A DNA stretch of 64,000 bases from Bacteroidia bacterium (GCA_965279035.1 OZ257142.1:2208001-2272000), one strand, 5' to 3'. Counted from the first letter of the stretch, positions 39,112 to 50,437 are shown. Made by a program: numbers and translations. Notes: generated by a model from the sequence alone, not told the origin.

Positions 39112-41730
39112 ATGAATTTTAACCAGTTTACTATTAAAGCGCAGGAGGCCGTGCAACAAGCACAGCAATTAGCTGCTCAGAATGGACAACAAGCTATCGA
39201 AACCGGACACTTGCTCAAAGGTGTTTTGGAAGTAGATGAGAATGTATTGCCTTATTTATTTAAGAAATTAAGTGTCAACTCACCTGCATTGATTGCTGCA
39301 TTGGATAGCATCGTTAAAGGATATCCCAAAGTTTCAGGAGGAACACCTTATTTATCGAATACGGCACAAGCAGCTTTAACCAAAGCAACTACCTTGATGC
39401 AGGAAATGAAAGATGAATTCGTTTCCATCGAACATATTGCCTTAGGAATTTTGGCTGGAAATGATCCCGTAGCGCGACTTTTAAAAGATTCGGGATTGAA
39501 TGATAAAGATATGCGTGCAGCCGTTGCCGAATTACGCAAAGGTGCTCGTGTGACTTCTCAAACAAGCGAAGACACGTACAACGCACTAAACAAATACGCC
39601 AAAAACCTGAACGAAATGGCCCGTAATGGCAAGCTCGATCCAGTGATTGGTCGTGATGAGGAAATTCGTCGTGTGCTGCAAATTTTGAGTCGTCGTACTA
39701 AAAACAATCCCATTTTAATTGGTGAACCAGGAGTTGGTAAAACTGCCATCGCCGAAGGTTTGGCGCATCGGATTGTAAATGGCGATGTTCCCGAAAATTT
39801 AAAAAGTAAGCAGATTTATTCACTCGATATGGGTGCATTAATCGCTGGTGCAAAATACAAAGGTGAATTTGAAGAACGTCTCAAATCGGTTGTGAAAGAA
39901 GTGACCGAATCGGATGGCGATATCGTTTTATTCATTGATGAAATTCACACACTTGTTGGTGCTGGAGGTGGCGAAGGAGCAATGGATGCGGCAAACATTT
40001 TAAAGCCTGCTTTATCACGCGGTGAGTTACGTGCTATTGGTGCAACTACACTCAACGAATACCAGAAATATTTCGAAAAAGACAAAGCTTTGGAACGTCG
40101 TTTCCAAAAGGTGTTGATTGATGAACCTGATGCTGCCGATGCTATTTCGATTTTACGTGGATTGAAAGAGAAATACGAAAATCACCACAAAGTGCTCATT
40201 AAAGATGAAGCAATTATTGCCGCAGTTGAAATGAGTCAACGGTATATCAACGATCGTTTCTTGCCCGATAAAGCCATCGATTTAATTGATGAAGCTGCAT
40301 CGAAACTTCGGATGGAAATTAATTCCTTACCTGAAGAATTAGATGAATTAGAACGTAAAATTCGTCAGCTCGAAATTGAGCGTGAGGCCATCAAACGGGA
40401 GAATGATCAAAAGAAATTATCTTCATTAAGTGAAGAAATTGCCAACCTAGAACAGGATCGTTCTTCCCTTCGTTCAAAATGGCAAAGTGAAAAAGATGTG
40501 CTCGACCAAATTCAGAAAAACAAACAGCTCATCGACGATTATAAATTCGAAGCAGAGCAAGCCGAACGCAGTGGAGATTTTGGAAAAGTAGCTGAATTAC
40601 GCTATGGAAAAATCAAAATTGCAGAAGCCGAAATTGAAACATTACGTGCTCAATTAATCGATACTCAAAGCGGCAAAGCGATGATTAAAGAGGAAGTGGA
40701 TGCCGAAGATATTGCAGGTGTTGTAAGCCGTTGGACTGGAATTCCAGTTTCCAGCATGTTGCAAAGTGAGCGGGAGAAATTACTCAACCTCGAAACCGAA
40801 TTGCACAAACGTGTAGTAGGGCAGGAGGAAGCGATTGAAGCGGTGTCTGATGCGATTCGTCGTGCCCGTGCTGGTTTGCAGGACAAAAAACGCCCAATTG
40901 GATCTTTCATTTTCCTTGGAACAACCGGTGTTGGAAAAACAGAATTAGCCAAAGCGCTTGCTGAGTTTCTCTTCAATAACGATCAAGCCATGACGCGAAT
41001 CGATATGAGTGAATATCAAGAACGTCACACGGTAAGTCGCTTGGTTGGTGCACCTCCTGGATATGTTGGTTATGAAGAAGGCGGACAATTAACCGAAGCC
41101 GTTCGTCGCAAGCCATACAGTGTGGTGTTATTGGATGAAATTGAAAAAGCGCATCCGGATGTTTTCAATATTCTGCTTCAGGTTTTGGATGATGGTCGTT
41201 TGACTGATAATAAAGGTCGTGTGGTGAATTTTAAAAATACCATCATCATTATGACTTCGAATATTGGTTCTCACTTGATTCAAGAGAGTTTCGATAAAAT
41301 TGGAGATAAAGATATCGACGAAGTAATTGCTGAAGCGAAAGTGAATGTGTTTGAACTGTTGAAGAAAACGATTCGTCCCGAGTTTTTAAATCGAATTGAT
41401 GATATCATCATGTTTCAACCACTCAGTCGCGAAAATGTGGAAGAGATTGTTCGCATGCAATTCAAAGGTGTTCAAGCATTGTTGATTGAACAAGGATTTC
41501 ATATTGAAGCAACCGAAGAAGCTATCGATTGGTTAGCTCAATTGGGCTACGATCCACAATTTGGCGCTCGTCCGGTGAAACGATTGTTTCAGAAAAAAGT
41601 GCTGAATGAATTGAGTAAGCAGATTTTAGCTGGAAGTATCAGTCAAGAACAACCCATTGTGCTCGATATGGTTGAGAATCATCTATTCTTCAGAAATAAA
41701 AAAGAAGAGACTTTGATATCTTCCAATTAA
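39112..41730 (+). CDS. clpB: ATP-dependent chaperone ClpB
   Basis: MNFNQFT start; Walker A motifs GEPGVGKT and GTTGVGKT; coiled-coil middle domain; '[13 protein letters not shown]'. Confidence 0.97.
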   Translation: MNFNQFTIKAQEAVQQAQQLAAQNGQQAIETGHLLKGVLEVDENVLPYLFKKLSVNSPALIAALDSIVKGYPKVSGGTPYLSNTAQAALTKATTLMQEMKDEFVSIEHIALGILAGNDPVARLLKDSGLNDKDMRAAVAELRKGARVTSQTSEDTYNALNKYAKNLNEMARNGKLDPVIGRDEEIRRVLQILSRRTKNNPILIGEPGVGKTAIAEGLAHRIVNGDVPENLKSKQIYSLDMGALIAGAKYKGEFEERLKSVVKEVTESDGDIVLFIDEIHTLVGAGGGEGAMDAANILKPALSRGELRAIGATTLNEYQKYFEKDKALERRFQKVLIDEPDAADAISILRGLKEKYENHHKVLIKDEAIIAAVEMSQRYINDRFLPDKAIDLIDEAASKLRMEINSLPEELDELERKIRQLEIEREAIKRENDQKKLSSLSEEIANLEQDRSSLRSKWQSEKDVLDQIQKNKQLIDDYKFEAEQAERSGDFGKVAELRYGKIKIAEAEIETLRAQLIDTQSGKAMIKEEVDAEDIAGVVSRWTGIPVSSMLQSEREKLLNLETELHKRVVGQEEAIEAVSDAIRRARAGLQDKKRPIGSFIFLGTTGVGKTELAKALAEFLFNNDQAMTRIDMSEYQERHTVSRLVGAPPGYVGYEEGGQLTEAVRRKPYSVVLLDEIEKAHPDVFNILLQVLDDGRLTDNKGRVVNFKNTIIIMTSNIGSHLIQESFDKIGDKDIDEVIAEAKVNVFELLKKTIRPEFLNRIDDIIMFQPLSRENVEEIVRMQFKGVQALLIEQGFHIEATEEAIDWLAQLGYDPQFGARPVKRLFQKKVLNELSKQILAGSISQEQPIVLDMVENHLFFRNKKEETLISSN

Positions 41731-41803
41731 TTCCAAAACAATACGCAGGTATTCCTGTTTATTCAATTCATAGTGTAGCAACTACGTTTTAGTTTTCTTC
41801 ATC

Positions 41804-41835
41804 AAGCATCGGGTCATTCCGGTGCTTTTTGTTTT
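41804..41835 (+). terminator. Intrinsic terminator after clpB
   Basis: AAGCATCGG/CCGGTGCTT stem plus T-run. Confidence 0.7.
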
Positions 41836-41910
41836 ATAGATATTGATAGATTTTGCATTCCACATCTTCAATTAATTAATTCATTACTTAGTACTATCAA
41901 TTTTAGATCG

Positions 41911-43986
41911 ATGAAAAATCACTACTTCCTCATATTACTCCTTCTCATTTCTTTTTCATGCTCTTCTTTGAAAAAAGAAGATACTTTCAAAATTACTTCA
42001 CCTTCCAAAAATTTGGCAATTGCATTCCACCTAAATGATAAAGGAATTGCCCAATATCAGGTCTTTTACAAAGATGAAGTAGTAATTGATACTTCTTCTT
42101 TGGGATTCGATTTAAAAGATGCACCAGCTATGTTTTCAGGTTTTGAAATTACAGGACATCAAGTAGATTCTCTCAACGAAACATGGGAGCAACCTTGGGG
42201 CGAACAACGTATGGTAAAAAATCATTACAACGAATTAATTGTCAACCTGCAAGAGAAAAATGAACCTCATCGTAAAATGAATCTTCTATTTCGTGCTTAT
42301 GATGATGGTCTTGCTTTTCGATACGATTTCCCTGAACAGGAGAACCTCAAGGAAATGACCATTTTGGATGAAAATACTTTTTTCCGGTTGAAGGAAGATT
42401 ATACCTGTTGGTGGGCACCCGGCGATTGGGACATAACCGAACATTTATATACGATGAGTCCCTTCTCAAAAATTAATGCCTTGAAGAAACGGAATCATCC
42501 GAGTTTAGGACAAACGTACATTCCCGAAAATGCAGTCAATACGCCTCTTACCATGCGTTCGAAATCAGGAATGCATATCAGTATTCACGAAGCGGCTTTG
42601 TACAATTATTCGGATATGACCTTGAAAGTAGATACGACAAATCTGGTACTTCAATCGGAATTGGTTGGTTCGGATCGATTGGGTTATAAAGCCAAATTGA
42701 CTGTTCCATTTCAAACGCCCTGGCGGATGATACTCATTAGTCCAAACGCAGCAGGATTGGTCGATTCACGCATGATTTTAAATTTGAACGAGCCGAATAA
42801 AGTAGGAGATGTTTCTTGGTTTAAACCAATGAAATACACTGGCATTTGGTGGGAAATGCATTTAGGGAAATCGAGTTGGGACATGGCCAGTGGAAAGCAT
42901 GGCGCCACAACGGCAAATGCTAAAAAGTACATCGACTTTACAGCTAAAAATGGATTAGGAGGTGTGTTGATCGAAGGATGGAATACTGGCTGGGAACATT
43001 GGATTGGATTTGATGATCGTGAAGGTGTGTTTGATTTTGTAACTCCCTATGCCGATTACAATTTAGAAGAAGTGGTGAACTACGCCCATTCGAAAAATAT
43101 AGAAATCATCATGCATCACGAAACGTCGTCTGCACCTCAGACTTATGAAAAGCAATTGGATACGGCATTTGCTCTCATGAAGCGGTTGAATTTGCACACA
43201 GTTAAAACCGGATATGTAGGTAAAATTTTACCCAAAGGCGAATATCATCATGGACAATGGATGATCAATCATTATCAAAAAGTGGTTGAAACCGCTGCGA
43301 AATATCACATTGCGGTAGATGCTCATGAGCCAATAAAGGGCACGGGAATTCAGCGTACTTGGCCCAATTTCGTTTCACGAGAAGGCATGCGTGGACAGGA
43401 ATTTAATGCTTGGTCGAGCGATGGTGGAAATCCTCCCGATCATTTGCCTAATGTGGTTTTTACGCGTATGTTGAGTGGTCCGTTTGATTTTACTCCGGGA
43501 GTTTTCAATATTAAATTGAAGCCGTATAAAGAGCACAATCAAGTGAGCACCACGTTAGCGCAGCAATTGGCTTTGTATGTAGTTATTTATAGTCCAGTTC
43601 AAATGGCTTGCGACCTGATAGAAAACTACGAAGGTCAACCTGGATTTCAATTTATTCGTGATGTTGGAACCGATTGGGAAACTTCTAAAACCTTAAAAGG
43701 TGAAGTCGGCGATTATGTAACGATTGTGCGCGAAGAAAAGAAAACGGGAAATTGGTTTTTAGGATCAATTACCGATGAAAATGCTCGTGATATTTCAATT
43801 GATTTTAGTTTTCTACCCGCTGGAATTGAATTTCAAACGGATATTTATAAGGACGGCCTTGATGCCCATTGGGACAGTAATCCCACTAGTTTATCCATTG
43901 AACATTTAGTTATAAATTCAAAAAGTAATATTACCTTTCATTTAGCTCCCGGAGGTGGATTAGCCATAGCGATGAAGAGAAAATAA
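41911..43986 (+). CDS. Glycoside hydrolase family 97 (SusB-like alpha-glucosidase)
   Basis: 'KYTGIWWEMH', 'LIEGWN.GW', 'IMHHET', 'VKTGYVG', 'REGMRGQEFNAW', 'GPFDFTPG'. Confidence 0.93.
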   Translation: MKNHYFLILLLLISFSCSSLKKEDTFKITSPSKNLAIAFHLNDKGIAQYQVFYKDEVVIDTSSLGFDLKDAPAMFSGFEITGHQVDSLNETWEQPWGEQRMVKNHYNELIVNLQEKNEPHRKMNLLFRAYDDGLAFRYDFPEQENLKEMTILDENTFFRLKEDYTCWWAPGDWDITEHLYTMSPFSKINALKKRNHPSLGQTYIPENAVNTPLTMRSKSGMHISIHEAALYNYSDMTLKVDTTNLVLQSELVGSDRLGYKAKLTVPFQTPWRMILISPNAAGLVDSRMILNLNEPNKVGDVSWFKPMKYTGIWWEMHLGKSSWDMASGKHGATTANAKKYIDFTAKNGLGGVLIEGWNTGWEHWIGFDDREGVFDFVTPYADYNLEEVVNYAHSKNIEIIMHHETSSAPQTYEKQLDTAFALMKRLNLHTVKTGYVGKILPKGEYHHGQWMINHYQKVVETAAKYHIAVDAHEPIKGTGIQRTWPNFVSREGMRGQEFNAWSSDGGNPPDHLPNVVFTRMLSGPFDFTPGVFNIKLKPYKEHNQVSTTLAQQLALYVVIYSPVQMACDLIENYEGQPGFQFIRDVGTDWETSKTLKGEVGDYVTIVREEKKTGNWFLGSITDENARDISIDFSFLPAGIEFQTDIYKDGLDAHWDSNPTSLSIEHLVINSKSNITFHLAPGGGLAIAMKRK

Positions 43987-44013
43987 TTTTGTTCTGATTC
44001 AAAGATTAACAAG

Positions 44014-44910
44014 ATGAAGAAACTCTATTTATTCTTAGTTCTTTTTGAGATTATTTCATTTAAATCTCAAGCTCAACTCTCAAACTATTTTGCCAATAAT
44101 CCAGTTTGGAGAATTAATAGTTCCTGCAGTGCTCCATATCCCTGTGTTCGGGATGATCAAGCTGAATATCGTGTTATTACAGATACATTGATGGATGGTG
44201 AAATTTGGCATAAAATGCAGCGCCAAGGAATATCAACCTATTCGTATTTTAGTTCGCCTCCAATTCCTGAAGGATGTAGTGGAACCTTTAGTATTTCAGA
44301 GCAATCGGGTTTTCTTCGACAGGATAGTATGAAGATTTATTTTCGAACTCAATTTAATCCAACTCAATATTTAGTGTATGATTTTAATTTAGAAGTAGGC
44401 GATTCACTTCCAATAACAACAATTAATTTCCAAGATTTTTTAGTTGTAAATGCTGTTGATAGTGTTTTAATTGGTGCCTCATGGCGAAGAAGAATGTTCT
44501 TTAACGATGGTGCATCTTGGCTTATTGAAGGAATAGGACATAATGCAGGATTATTAGAATCAATTCCTCCCATGTTGGAATGTGCTCATTCTTTTATTTG
44601 CTTTAAGTTAGATTCTGTTATTGAGTTTCAGGAGAATATTGGTAATTGTGAAATCCCAAATAGCACTCAAGAAATAAAATGCCCCCAATGGAAATTGTTG
44701 ACAGACATTTCAGGAAATTCGTGGAAGATTATCGGCCCCAAAGAAACTGATCACTTAGCGCTCATTGATCTTTCTGGAAATTTGATTCCAGCGATATCTT
44801 GGTCAAATACTACTTGCGAAATTCAGTTAAGCAATTATTCCCAAGGAATGTATACGCTTATTAATCTTGAGCATCCAAGTCGTTTCGTTAGATTACTGAA
44901 GCTAAATTAA
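44014..44910 (+). CDS. Secreted hypothetical protein with a degenerate T9SS type A-like tail
   Basis: Signal peptide; 'LVYDFNLEVGDS', 'WLIEGIG'; tail 'IDLSG...LSNYSQGMYTL' lacking YPNP. Confidence 0.7.
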   Translation: MKKLYLFLVLFEIISFKSQAQLSNYFANNPVWRINSSCSAPYPCVRDDQAEYRVITDTLMDGEIWHKMQRQGISTYSYFSSPPIPEGCSGTFSISEQSGFLRQDSMKIYFRTQFNPTQYLVYDFNLEVGDSLPITTINFQDFLVVNAVDSVLIGASWRRRMFFNDGASWLIEGIGHNAGLLESIPPMLECAHSFICFKLDSVIEFQENIGNCEIPNSTQEIKCPQWKLLTDISGNSWKIIGPKETDHLALIDLSGNLIPAISWSNTTCEIQLSNYSQGMYTLINLEHPSRFVRLLKLN

Positions 44911-44912
44911 TT

Positions 44913-45554
44913 TTAGCCTTTCACGTAAATAATGCGTTTGGTAAGAAAGAATTCTTCATCAAACCAAGTTTGCAATGGAAGTAATTGGAATTTATTTCCA
45001 GTAGCACTTGCTTCTTCTACCAAATCGCCGCCTTTCAAACAAATCCATCCATTTTTAATGGAGTTTTTTTGCTCTTTGCTGAGTTTGTTTTTAGTCCAAG
45101 TAACTAATTCAATCAATGGAGCAACGGCACGGCTGACAATAAAATCGAATTTACCTTCAATTTTTTCTACACGGCCAATATGTGTTTTTACATTTTTCAA
45201 TTCCAACGCTTCTACAATGGCATCTACCACCTTGATTTTTTTAGCAATTGAATCGCACAATGTAAATTCACATTCGGGGAAATAAATAGCCAAAGGAATT
45301 CCAGGAAAACCACCACCTGTACCAATATCTAAAATCCGGCTACCCGGTGTAAAACGATGAAAGCGTGCAATGGCTAAACTGTGTAATACGTGACGTAAAT
45401 ACAGTTCGTCGATATCTTTCCGAGAAATTACATTTATCTGACTATTCCATTCCTGATATAATGGATAAAGTTGTTCAAACTGATGAATTTGTTTATCGGT
45501 TAAATCGGGAAAATAGGACTGAAGCAAATTCATGGAAATAGAGAATGAAGCCAT
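44913..45554 (-). CDS. rsmG: 16S rRNA (guanine(527)-N7)-methyltransferase
   Basis: 'WNSQINVISRKD', 'HVLHSL', 'LDIGTGGGFPGIPLAI', 'FIVSRAV', 'LKGG'. The start may be 45533. Confidence 0.95.
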   Translation of the reverse strand: MASFSISMNLLQSYFPDLTDKQIHQFEQLYPLYQEWNSQINVISRKDIDELYLRHVLHSLAIARFHRFTPGSRILDIGTGGGFPGIPLAIYFPECEFTLCDSIAKKIKVVDAIVEALELKNVKTHIGRVEKIEGKFDFIVSRAVAPLIELVTWTKNKLSKEQKNSIKNGWICLKGGDLVEEASATGNKFQLLPLQTWFDEEFFLTKRIIYVKG

Positions 45555-45595
45555 TCAAAGCTTAACAAAATGTAGAATGGATTTAATGATCAGGA

Positions 45596-46204
45596 TTAGA
45601 TTTTTTCCTGAGAATTACGAATGATATTGTAAAGAAATTCGCGCGATCGGAACAACTGTGCTTTCACAGTTCCTAAAGGCAAATCGAGACGTTCAGCAAT
45701 TTCTTCGTACGACAATTCTTGGAAATACCTCAATTCAATAAGCACGCGGTAACGAGGTTTTAGTTTCTCAACCAAAGAACGCATGAATACATTCTTCTGT
45801 TTCCGAATCATGTGTTCTTCCGGATCAGGAGAATCAGAACGAACATCCATTGTCATCTCATCACCATCACCTGAAATAAAGGTTCTGTCTAATGAAAGCG
45901 TGACTGCTCGTTTCTTCCGAATAAAATCGATGCAATTATTTGTCGCAATACGAAACAACCATGTGCTAAAAGCAAAATTGGGAGTGTACTGAGCAATGTT
46001 TTTAAACGCTTTTCCAAAAGCCTCGATCGTAAGATCTTCCGCATCATCCTTATTATTGACCATTTTAAGTAATAAGTAATACACCGATTCCTTATAACGA
46101 TCTAATAATTCTGAATACGCTGCCTGATCATGCTTTTCGATTGCACGATACACCAGCTGAATATCATACTGTGCTTTACTTGAAAGATTTGGTTCTACCT
46201 CCAT
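45596..46204 (-). CDS. ECF sigma-70 factor
   Basis: 'DAEDLTIEAFGKAF', 'FSTWLFRIATNNCIDFIRK', 'SYEEIAERLDLPLGTVKAQLFR'. Confidence 0.95.
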   Translation of the reverse strand: MEVEPNLSSKAQYDIQLVYRAIEKHDQAAYSELLDRYKESVYYLLLKMVNNKDDAEDLTIEAFGKAFKNIAQYTPNFAFSTWLFRIATNNCIDFIRKKRAVTLSLDRTFISGDGDEMTMDVRSDSPDPEEHMIRKQKNVFMRSLVEKLKPRYRVLIELRYFQELSYEEIAERLDLPLGTVKAQLFRSREFLYNIIRNSQEKI

Positions 46205-47322
46205 TTGCGTTTTCTAACAAAGAATGTGGAGATGAAATACACCGGATAAATGAATATCCGTTGAAATACCTCCAGAAACGGCGCTTTCCATCCAAGGTCG
46301 GCATCGTCGAGTTTCCTTGCGATTGCGTGCAATATAACAATTTGGAGCAATGCACGCAGAACAAGTCCTGAAATTAATATTAACACATTGTATTGAAGAA
46401 TAAATCCTGCAATACAACTAAAATACAAGAAATACCAAGTCAATGGCTCTGTTACTAAAGCCGATTTATGTGCTGGTTTGTAATATTTAGCCGTTGAAAC
46501 ATGTCGTTTCTTTTGAAGAAACCACGATTTCCAAGTAGTCTTTGGTTCTGAAACAGTGCTCGATCCTTTGTCTATTACAATGGCTGTATTGCTTGGTGTT
46601 GCAACCTCATTGATAAATAAATCATCATCACCCGATTCAATATGAATATGAGAAGCAAAACCTTTTACCTGAAAAAATAAATTCTTGTTATAGGATAAAT
46701 TTCTTCCAACACCCATGTACGCTTTACCTCGCAGAGCCATCGAAAGAAACTGTGCTGCAATAATGAATGTATCAAAGCGAATCATGGTATTCAACAATCC
46801 CGATTTTTTCTCGTATTTCCCATATCCGAGTACAATGTCTTTTCCCGGTTCATATGATTCCATAATACTGCTAATCCAATCTGGACTTGATGGATAACAA
46901 TCGGCATCAGTCAAAATAAGAGTATCGTACAATGCAGCCTTGATTCCAATCGTCATGGCGAATTTTTTCCCATGTTCTCTTCCTTCAACCTCTTTGATAT
47001 TGGCTACTTTTAGGTTGCTATGCGTTAAAGCCATTTCCTTCAACAGGTCATAGGAATTATCCCATGAACAATCGTTTACAACAATGACTTCAAAAGCGGG
47101 GTAATTTTGATTGAGTATAAGTGGTAAAAATTGTTGAATGTTTTCCTCTTCATTTCGGGCACAAATCACCACCGAAACGGGAGGCTTGTTCGTATTTGCA
47201 GGACGTTTATTATAGAGTGCAAGTTTTAGAAAGCCACCCAAATAATAGTAGCATTGAATCAGGAGACAAAGTCCAAAAACAAGCAGAATGCCCAATAAAG
47301 GGGAAATAGTTAAATCAATCAT
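46195..47322 (-). CDS. Membrane glycosyltransferase family 2
   Basis: 'VSVVICARNEE', 'VNDCS.D', 'TDADC', 'GDDDL', 'QKKRH', TM helices. Confidence 0.92.
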   Translation of the reverse strand: MIDLTISPLLGILLVFGLCLLIQCYYYLGGFLKLALYNKRPANTNKPPVSVVICARNEEENIQQFLPLILNQNYPAFEVIVVNDCSWDNSYDLLKEMALTHSNLKVANIKEVEGREHGKKFAMTIGIKAALYDTLILTDADCYPSSPDWISSIMESYEPGKDIVLGYGKYEKKSGLLNTMIRFDTFIIAAQFLSMALRGKAYMGVGRNLSYNKNLFFQVKGFASHIHIESGDDDLFINEVATPSNTAIVIDKGSSTVSEPKTTWKSWFLQKKRHVSTAKYYKPAHKSALVTEPLTWYFLYFSCIAGFILQYNVLILISGLVLRALLQIVILHAIARKLDDADLGWKAPFLEVFQRIFIYPVYFISTFFVRKRKWR

Positions 47323-47348
47323 TTCAAAACGCCACTCAAAAAGAGCAA

Positions 47349-47401
47349 CAAAAGTAGGACGATTGCATACTACTCAGATGCGGTGGATTGGTCTATCTTT
47401 G
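47349..47401. promoter_or_regulatory. Divergent pair of Bacteroidota -7 elements (GT2 operon / tgt)
   Basis: TACTTTTG on the minus strand (47349-47356) and TATCTTTG on the plus strand (47394-47401) in the 98-bp gap. Confidence 0.6.
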
Positions 47402-47420
47402 CGCAACTTTTTAACAAAGC

Positions 47421-48551
47421 ATGCGCTTCACACTAGCAGCAACAGATAAGCATTCTAAGGCAAGAGCCGGAGAAATTTCAACAGATCATGGGACCATTCA
47501 AACGCCCATTTTCATGCCCGTAGGTACCGCAGGATCGGTAAAAGCGGTTCATCAACGTGAACTCCGAAACGATATTCAAGCCCAGATCATTTTAGGAAAT
47601 ACCTATCATTTATATCTACGTCCCGGATTGGATGTGTTGAAAAATGCAGGCGGATTACACAAGTTCAACGGTTGGGAAAAACCCATTTTAACCGATAGTG
47701 GAGGCTATCAAGTTTTTTCACTTTCCGACAATCGTAAAATAACGGAAGAAGGTGCTTTATTCAAATCACATATTGATGGTTCTAAGCATATGTTTAGTCC
47801 CGAATCGGTGATGGATATTGAAAGAACAATCGGTGCAGATATCATCATGGCTTTTGATGAATGCACTCCATATCCCTGCACGTACGATTATGCTAAGCAA
47901 TCGATGGAGCGTACACATCGTTGGCTAAAGCGATGTATCGATCATTTGGATAAACAAGAACCAATGTATGGATATAGTCAAGCCTTATTTCCGATAGTTC
48001 AAGGAAGTACAAACCGTGAATTACGTATTCAAAGTGCTGAATTTATCGCTTCGCAAAACCAAGCTGGAAATGCCATAGGTGGATTATCAGTTGGAGAACC
48101 GGTGGAAGATATGTATGAGATGACTGAATTGGTTTGTTCCATTTTACCTGCTGATAAACCTCGTTATTTGATGGGCGTTGGAACGCCAGCTAATATTTTA
48201 GAAGGGATTTCTCAAGGAGTTGATATGTTCGATTGCGTGATGCCTACACGAAATGCGCGTAACGGAATGCTATTCACCAGCGAAGGAATAATCAATATCC
48301 GAAATGAAAAATGGAAAAATGATTTTTCAGCAATTGATCCTCTCTTAATTACGTTTGCCGATCAACAGTATACAAAAGCTTATTTGCGGCATTTATTTAT
48401 TGCAGGTGAATACTTGGCTGGAATGATTGCCAGTGTTCATAATTTAGGATTTTATCTTTGGTTAGTTCGTGAGACACGACTTCGAATTTTAGATGGTACT
48501 TTTGCAACATGGAAACCCGAAATGGTTAAAAAAGTGAGCCAACGCCTATGA
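47421..48551 (+). CDS. tgt: tRNA-guanine transglycosylase
   Basis: 'TPIFMPVGT', 'NTYHLYLRPG', 'TDSGGYQVFSL', 'DMFDCVMPTRNARNG'. Confidence 0.97.
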   Translation: MRFTLAATDKHSKARAGEISTDHGTIQTPIFMPVGTAGSVKAVHQRELRNDIQAQIILGNTYHLYLRPGLDVLKNAGGLHKFNGWEKPILTDSGGYQVFSLSDNRKITEEGALFKSHIDGSKHMFSPESVMDIERTIGADIIMAFDECTPYPCTYDYAKQSMERTHRWLKRCIDHLDKQEPMYGYSQALFPIVQGSTNRELRIQSAEFIASQNQAGNAIGGLSVGEPVEDMYEMTELVCSILPADKPRYLMGVGTPANILEGISQGVDMFDCVMPTRNARNGMLFTSEGIINIRNEKWKNDFSAIDPLLITFADQQYTKAYLRHLFIAGEYLAGMIASVHNLGFYLWLVRETRLRILDGTFATWKPEMVKKVSQRL

Positions 48552-49639
48552 ATGTGAAATTGTATTTGTTGGATCGTTATATCATTCGAAAGTTCCTCGG
48601 TACGTTTTTCTATGCGGTATTGCTATTCGGAGTGTTATTACCGGTGATCTTCGATTTGACTGAAAAAATGGATGATATTCTTGAAAAAGACATTCCAATT
48701 AGTGAATTGATTTTCGATTATTACATCAATTTCATCCCCTATTTTGCCAACCTATTTACACCCATTTTTGGATTTATTAGCGTTGTATTTTTCACTTCGC
48801 GCATGGCCAATCAAACCGAAATTGTAGCCATATTTAGTAGTGGTGTGAGTTTTCGAAGATTGCTTCGTCCATTTATGATTTCGGCTATTGTAGTTGCTTT
48901 ATTTTCTTTTTTACTCGGAAGTTTTATTATTCCACCAGCCAATGCCCGTCGTTTAAAATTCGAATACAAATATTTGAAGTACAATTGGAATCGGAATTTC
49001 AGTAATCTACATCGACAAATTGCTCCTGGAACTTTTGTTTATCTCGAAACCTATACTCAAAATTCGGGAACTGGATTTCGATTTACGCAGGAAGGATTTA
49101 AGGATCAAAAGATGATCTATAAAATGAGTGCTGATTATATTCGATGGGACTCAAGTTCAGGCTCTTGGAAACTAGACAATTTGCTCATTCGGAAATTTAA
49201 AGGGAAAAAAGAAAGCATTCGAAAAGTAGCTTTACTCGATACTACATTATTATTTAAACCAGTCGATTTTGCTTTAGCAGACGATGATGTTGAAATGATG
49301 AATTTCTTTGAGCTTGATCGATTTATTGTGAGAGAAAGAAATAAAGGGTCAGAATTTATCGATTATTATTTGTTGGAGCAACAACGTCGTATGGCGAACC
49401 CAATATCTAATCTGATTTTAACATTAATTGCAGTCCCTTTAGCAGGCAGAAAAGTAAGAGGTGGAGTTGGATTGCACATCGGTATTGGTATTGGAATTAG
49501 TTTCTCATATGTTATGTTGATGCAAGTTTCATCGGTGTTTGCTACCGAGGGTGGCGCTAATCCAGTGATTGCCGCTTGGCTTCCCAATGTATTGTATTTG
49601 TTTGTTGCCATGTGGTTAATTTATAAAGCCCCTAAATAA
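48548..49639 (+). CDS. LptF/LptG family LPS export permease
   Basis: 'LDRYIIRKFL', 'EIVAIFSSGVSFRRLLRP', 'AAWLPN'; six-TM pattern. Confidence 0.92.
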   Translation: MNVKLYLLDRYIIRKFLGTFFYAVLLFGVLLPVIFDLTEKMDDILEKDIPISELIFDYYINFIPYFANLFTPIFGFISVVFFTSRMANQTEIVAIFSSGVSFRRLLRPFMISAIVVALFSFLLGSFIIPPANARRLKFEYKYLKYNWNRNFSNLHRQIAPGTFVYLETYTQNSGTGFRFTQEGFKDQKMIYKMSADYIRWDSSSGSWKLDNLLIRKFKGKKESIRKVALLDTTLLFKPVDFALADDDVEMMNFFELDRFIVRERNKGSEFIDYYLLEQQRRMANPISNLILTLIAVPLAGRKVRGGVGLHIGIGIGISFSYVMLMQVSSVFATEGGANPVIAAWLPNVLYLFVAMWLIYKAPK

Positions 49640-49760
49640 TTGAGAAGGTTCTTATTACATGTGAAATGCTAAGTCATTTACATTTTCACAAAACAATGTT
49701 TGCATGAGTTTGAATCTAGAATTTGAATTCTTATCAATTGTATGAATTTAAATAGGTTTT

Positions 49761-50152
49761 ACCCGTTGTGTGGTTAAAAATTAGAATTATTCTTCAACAC
49801 TATTTATCGCATAGTCCAATAATCAATACTTATGTAATGCCTTTAAATTATATTATTTTAAAATTAAAATTAGGTTTAGAAACGAATCAGTGTGGTGGCT
49901 ATGTCTGGGCGGCGAGGGTGTGTTTCGACATAGATGAGATAAAAGCTTATCCGAGCACAATGGTCGAAAAAAGGCCTTGAGCGTAAGCAGCATCGTCCAG
50001 ACTTGACCTTCTTTGATTACTTTCTTGTGTCAAGACAAGAAAGTAATATGTCGTAGACAAACATGAATGATATAGTGATAAGAAGCATTAACAGCCTTAT
50101 TTCATTAATCGATATGAAAAAAATAAATTGATAATTCAACAGCACAACGGGT
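49761..50152. mobile_element. MITE-like non-coding element, copy 2
   Basis: Ends ACCCGTTGTG...CACAACGGGT, reading TA-CCCG...CGGG-TA at both junctions; internal 13-bp perfect palindrome at 50016-50047; colinear with 28766-29174. Confidence 0.8.
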
Positions 50153-50227
50153 AGGTATTAATATTCAATTTACAGGCTTGAGGATTTCTTTTTTTATTTT
50201 TTCTTGCTTGTATAAATCTGTCTTTGC

Positions 50228-50235
50228 TATATTTG
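50228..50235 (+). promoter_or_regulatory. Bacteroidota -7 promoter element upstream of the NYN gene
   Basis: TATATTTG with TTG motifs 17-21 bp upstream. Confidence 0.5.
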
Positions 50236-50437
50236 CACATAAAGAAATTTTAAAAGGCATAACTGCCATTTATTAAACGATAATTATTAGCTGAATTCGC
50301 TTAATTTAACTGTCACGCACACCAGTTTTATTTTATCAAGCGGCTTTCATTCAACTTAATTATTGGTTGATAATCAGAGAAACCTTTTAAGTCTCTTTCA
50401 TTAATTTTTTCAACCATCCATAAATACAATTTAAATT

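Noticed and set aside
49768-49980. 70-aa ORF inside MITE copy 2
   Set aside because: The equivalent frame in copy 1 stops after about 27 codons, so coding is not conserved.
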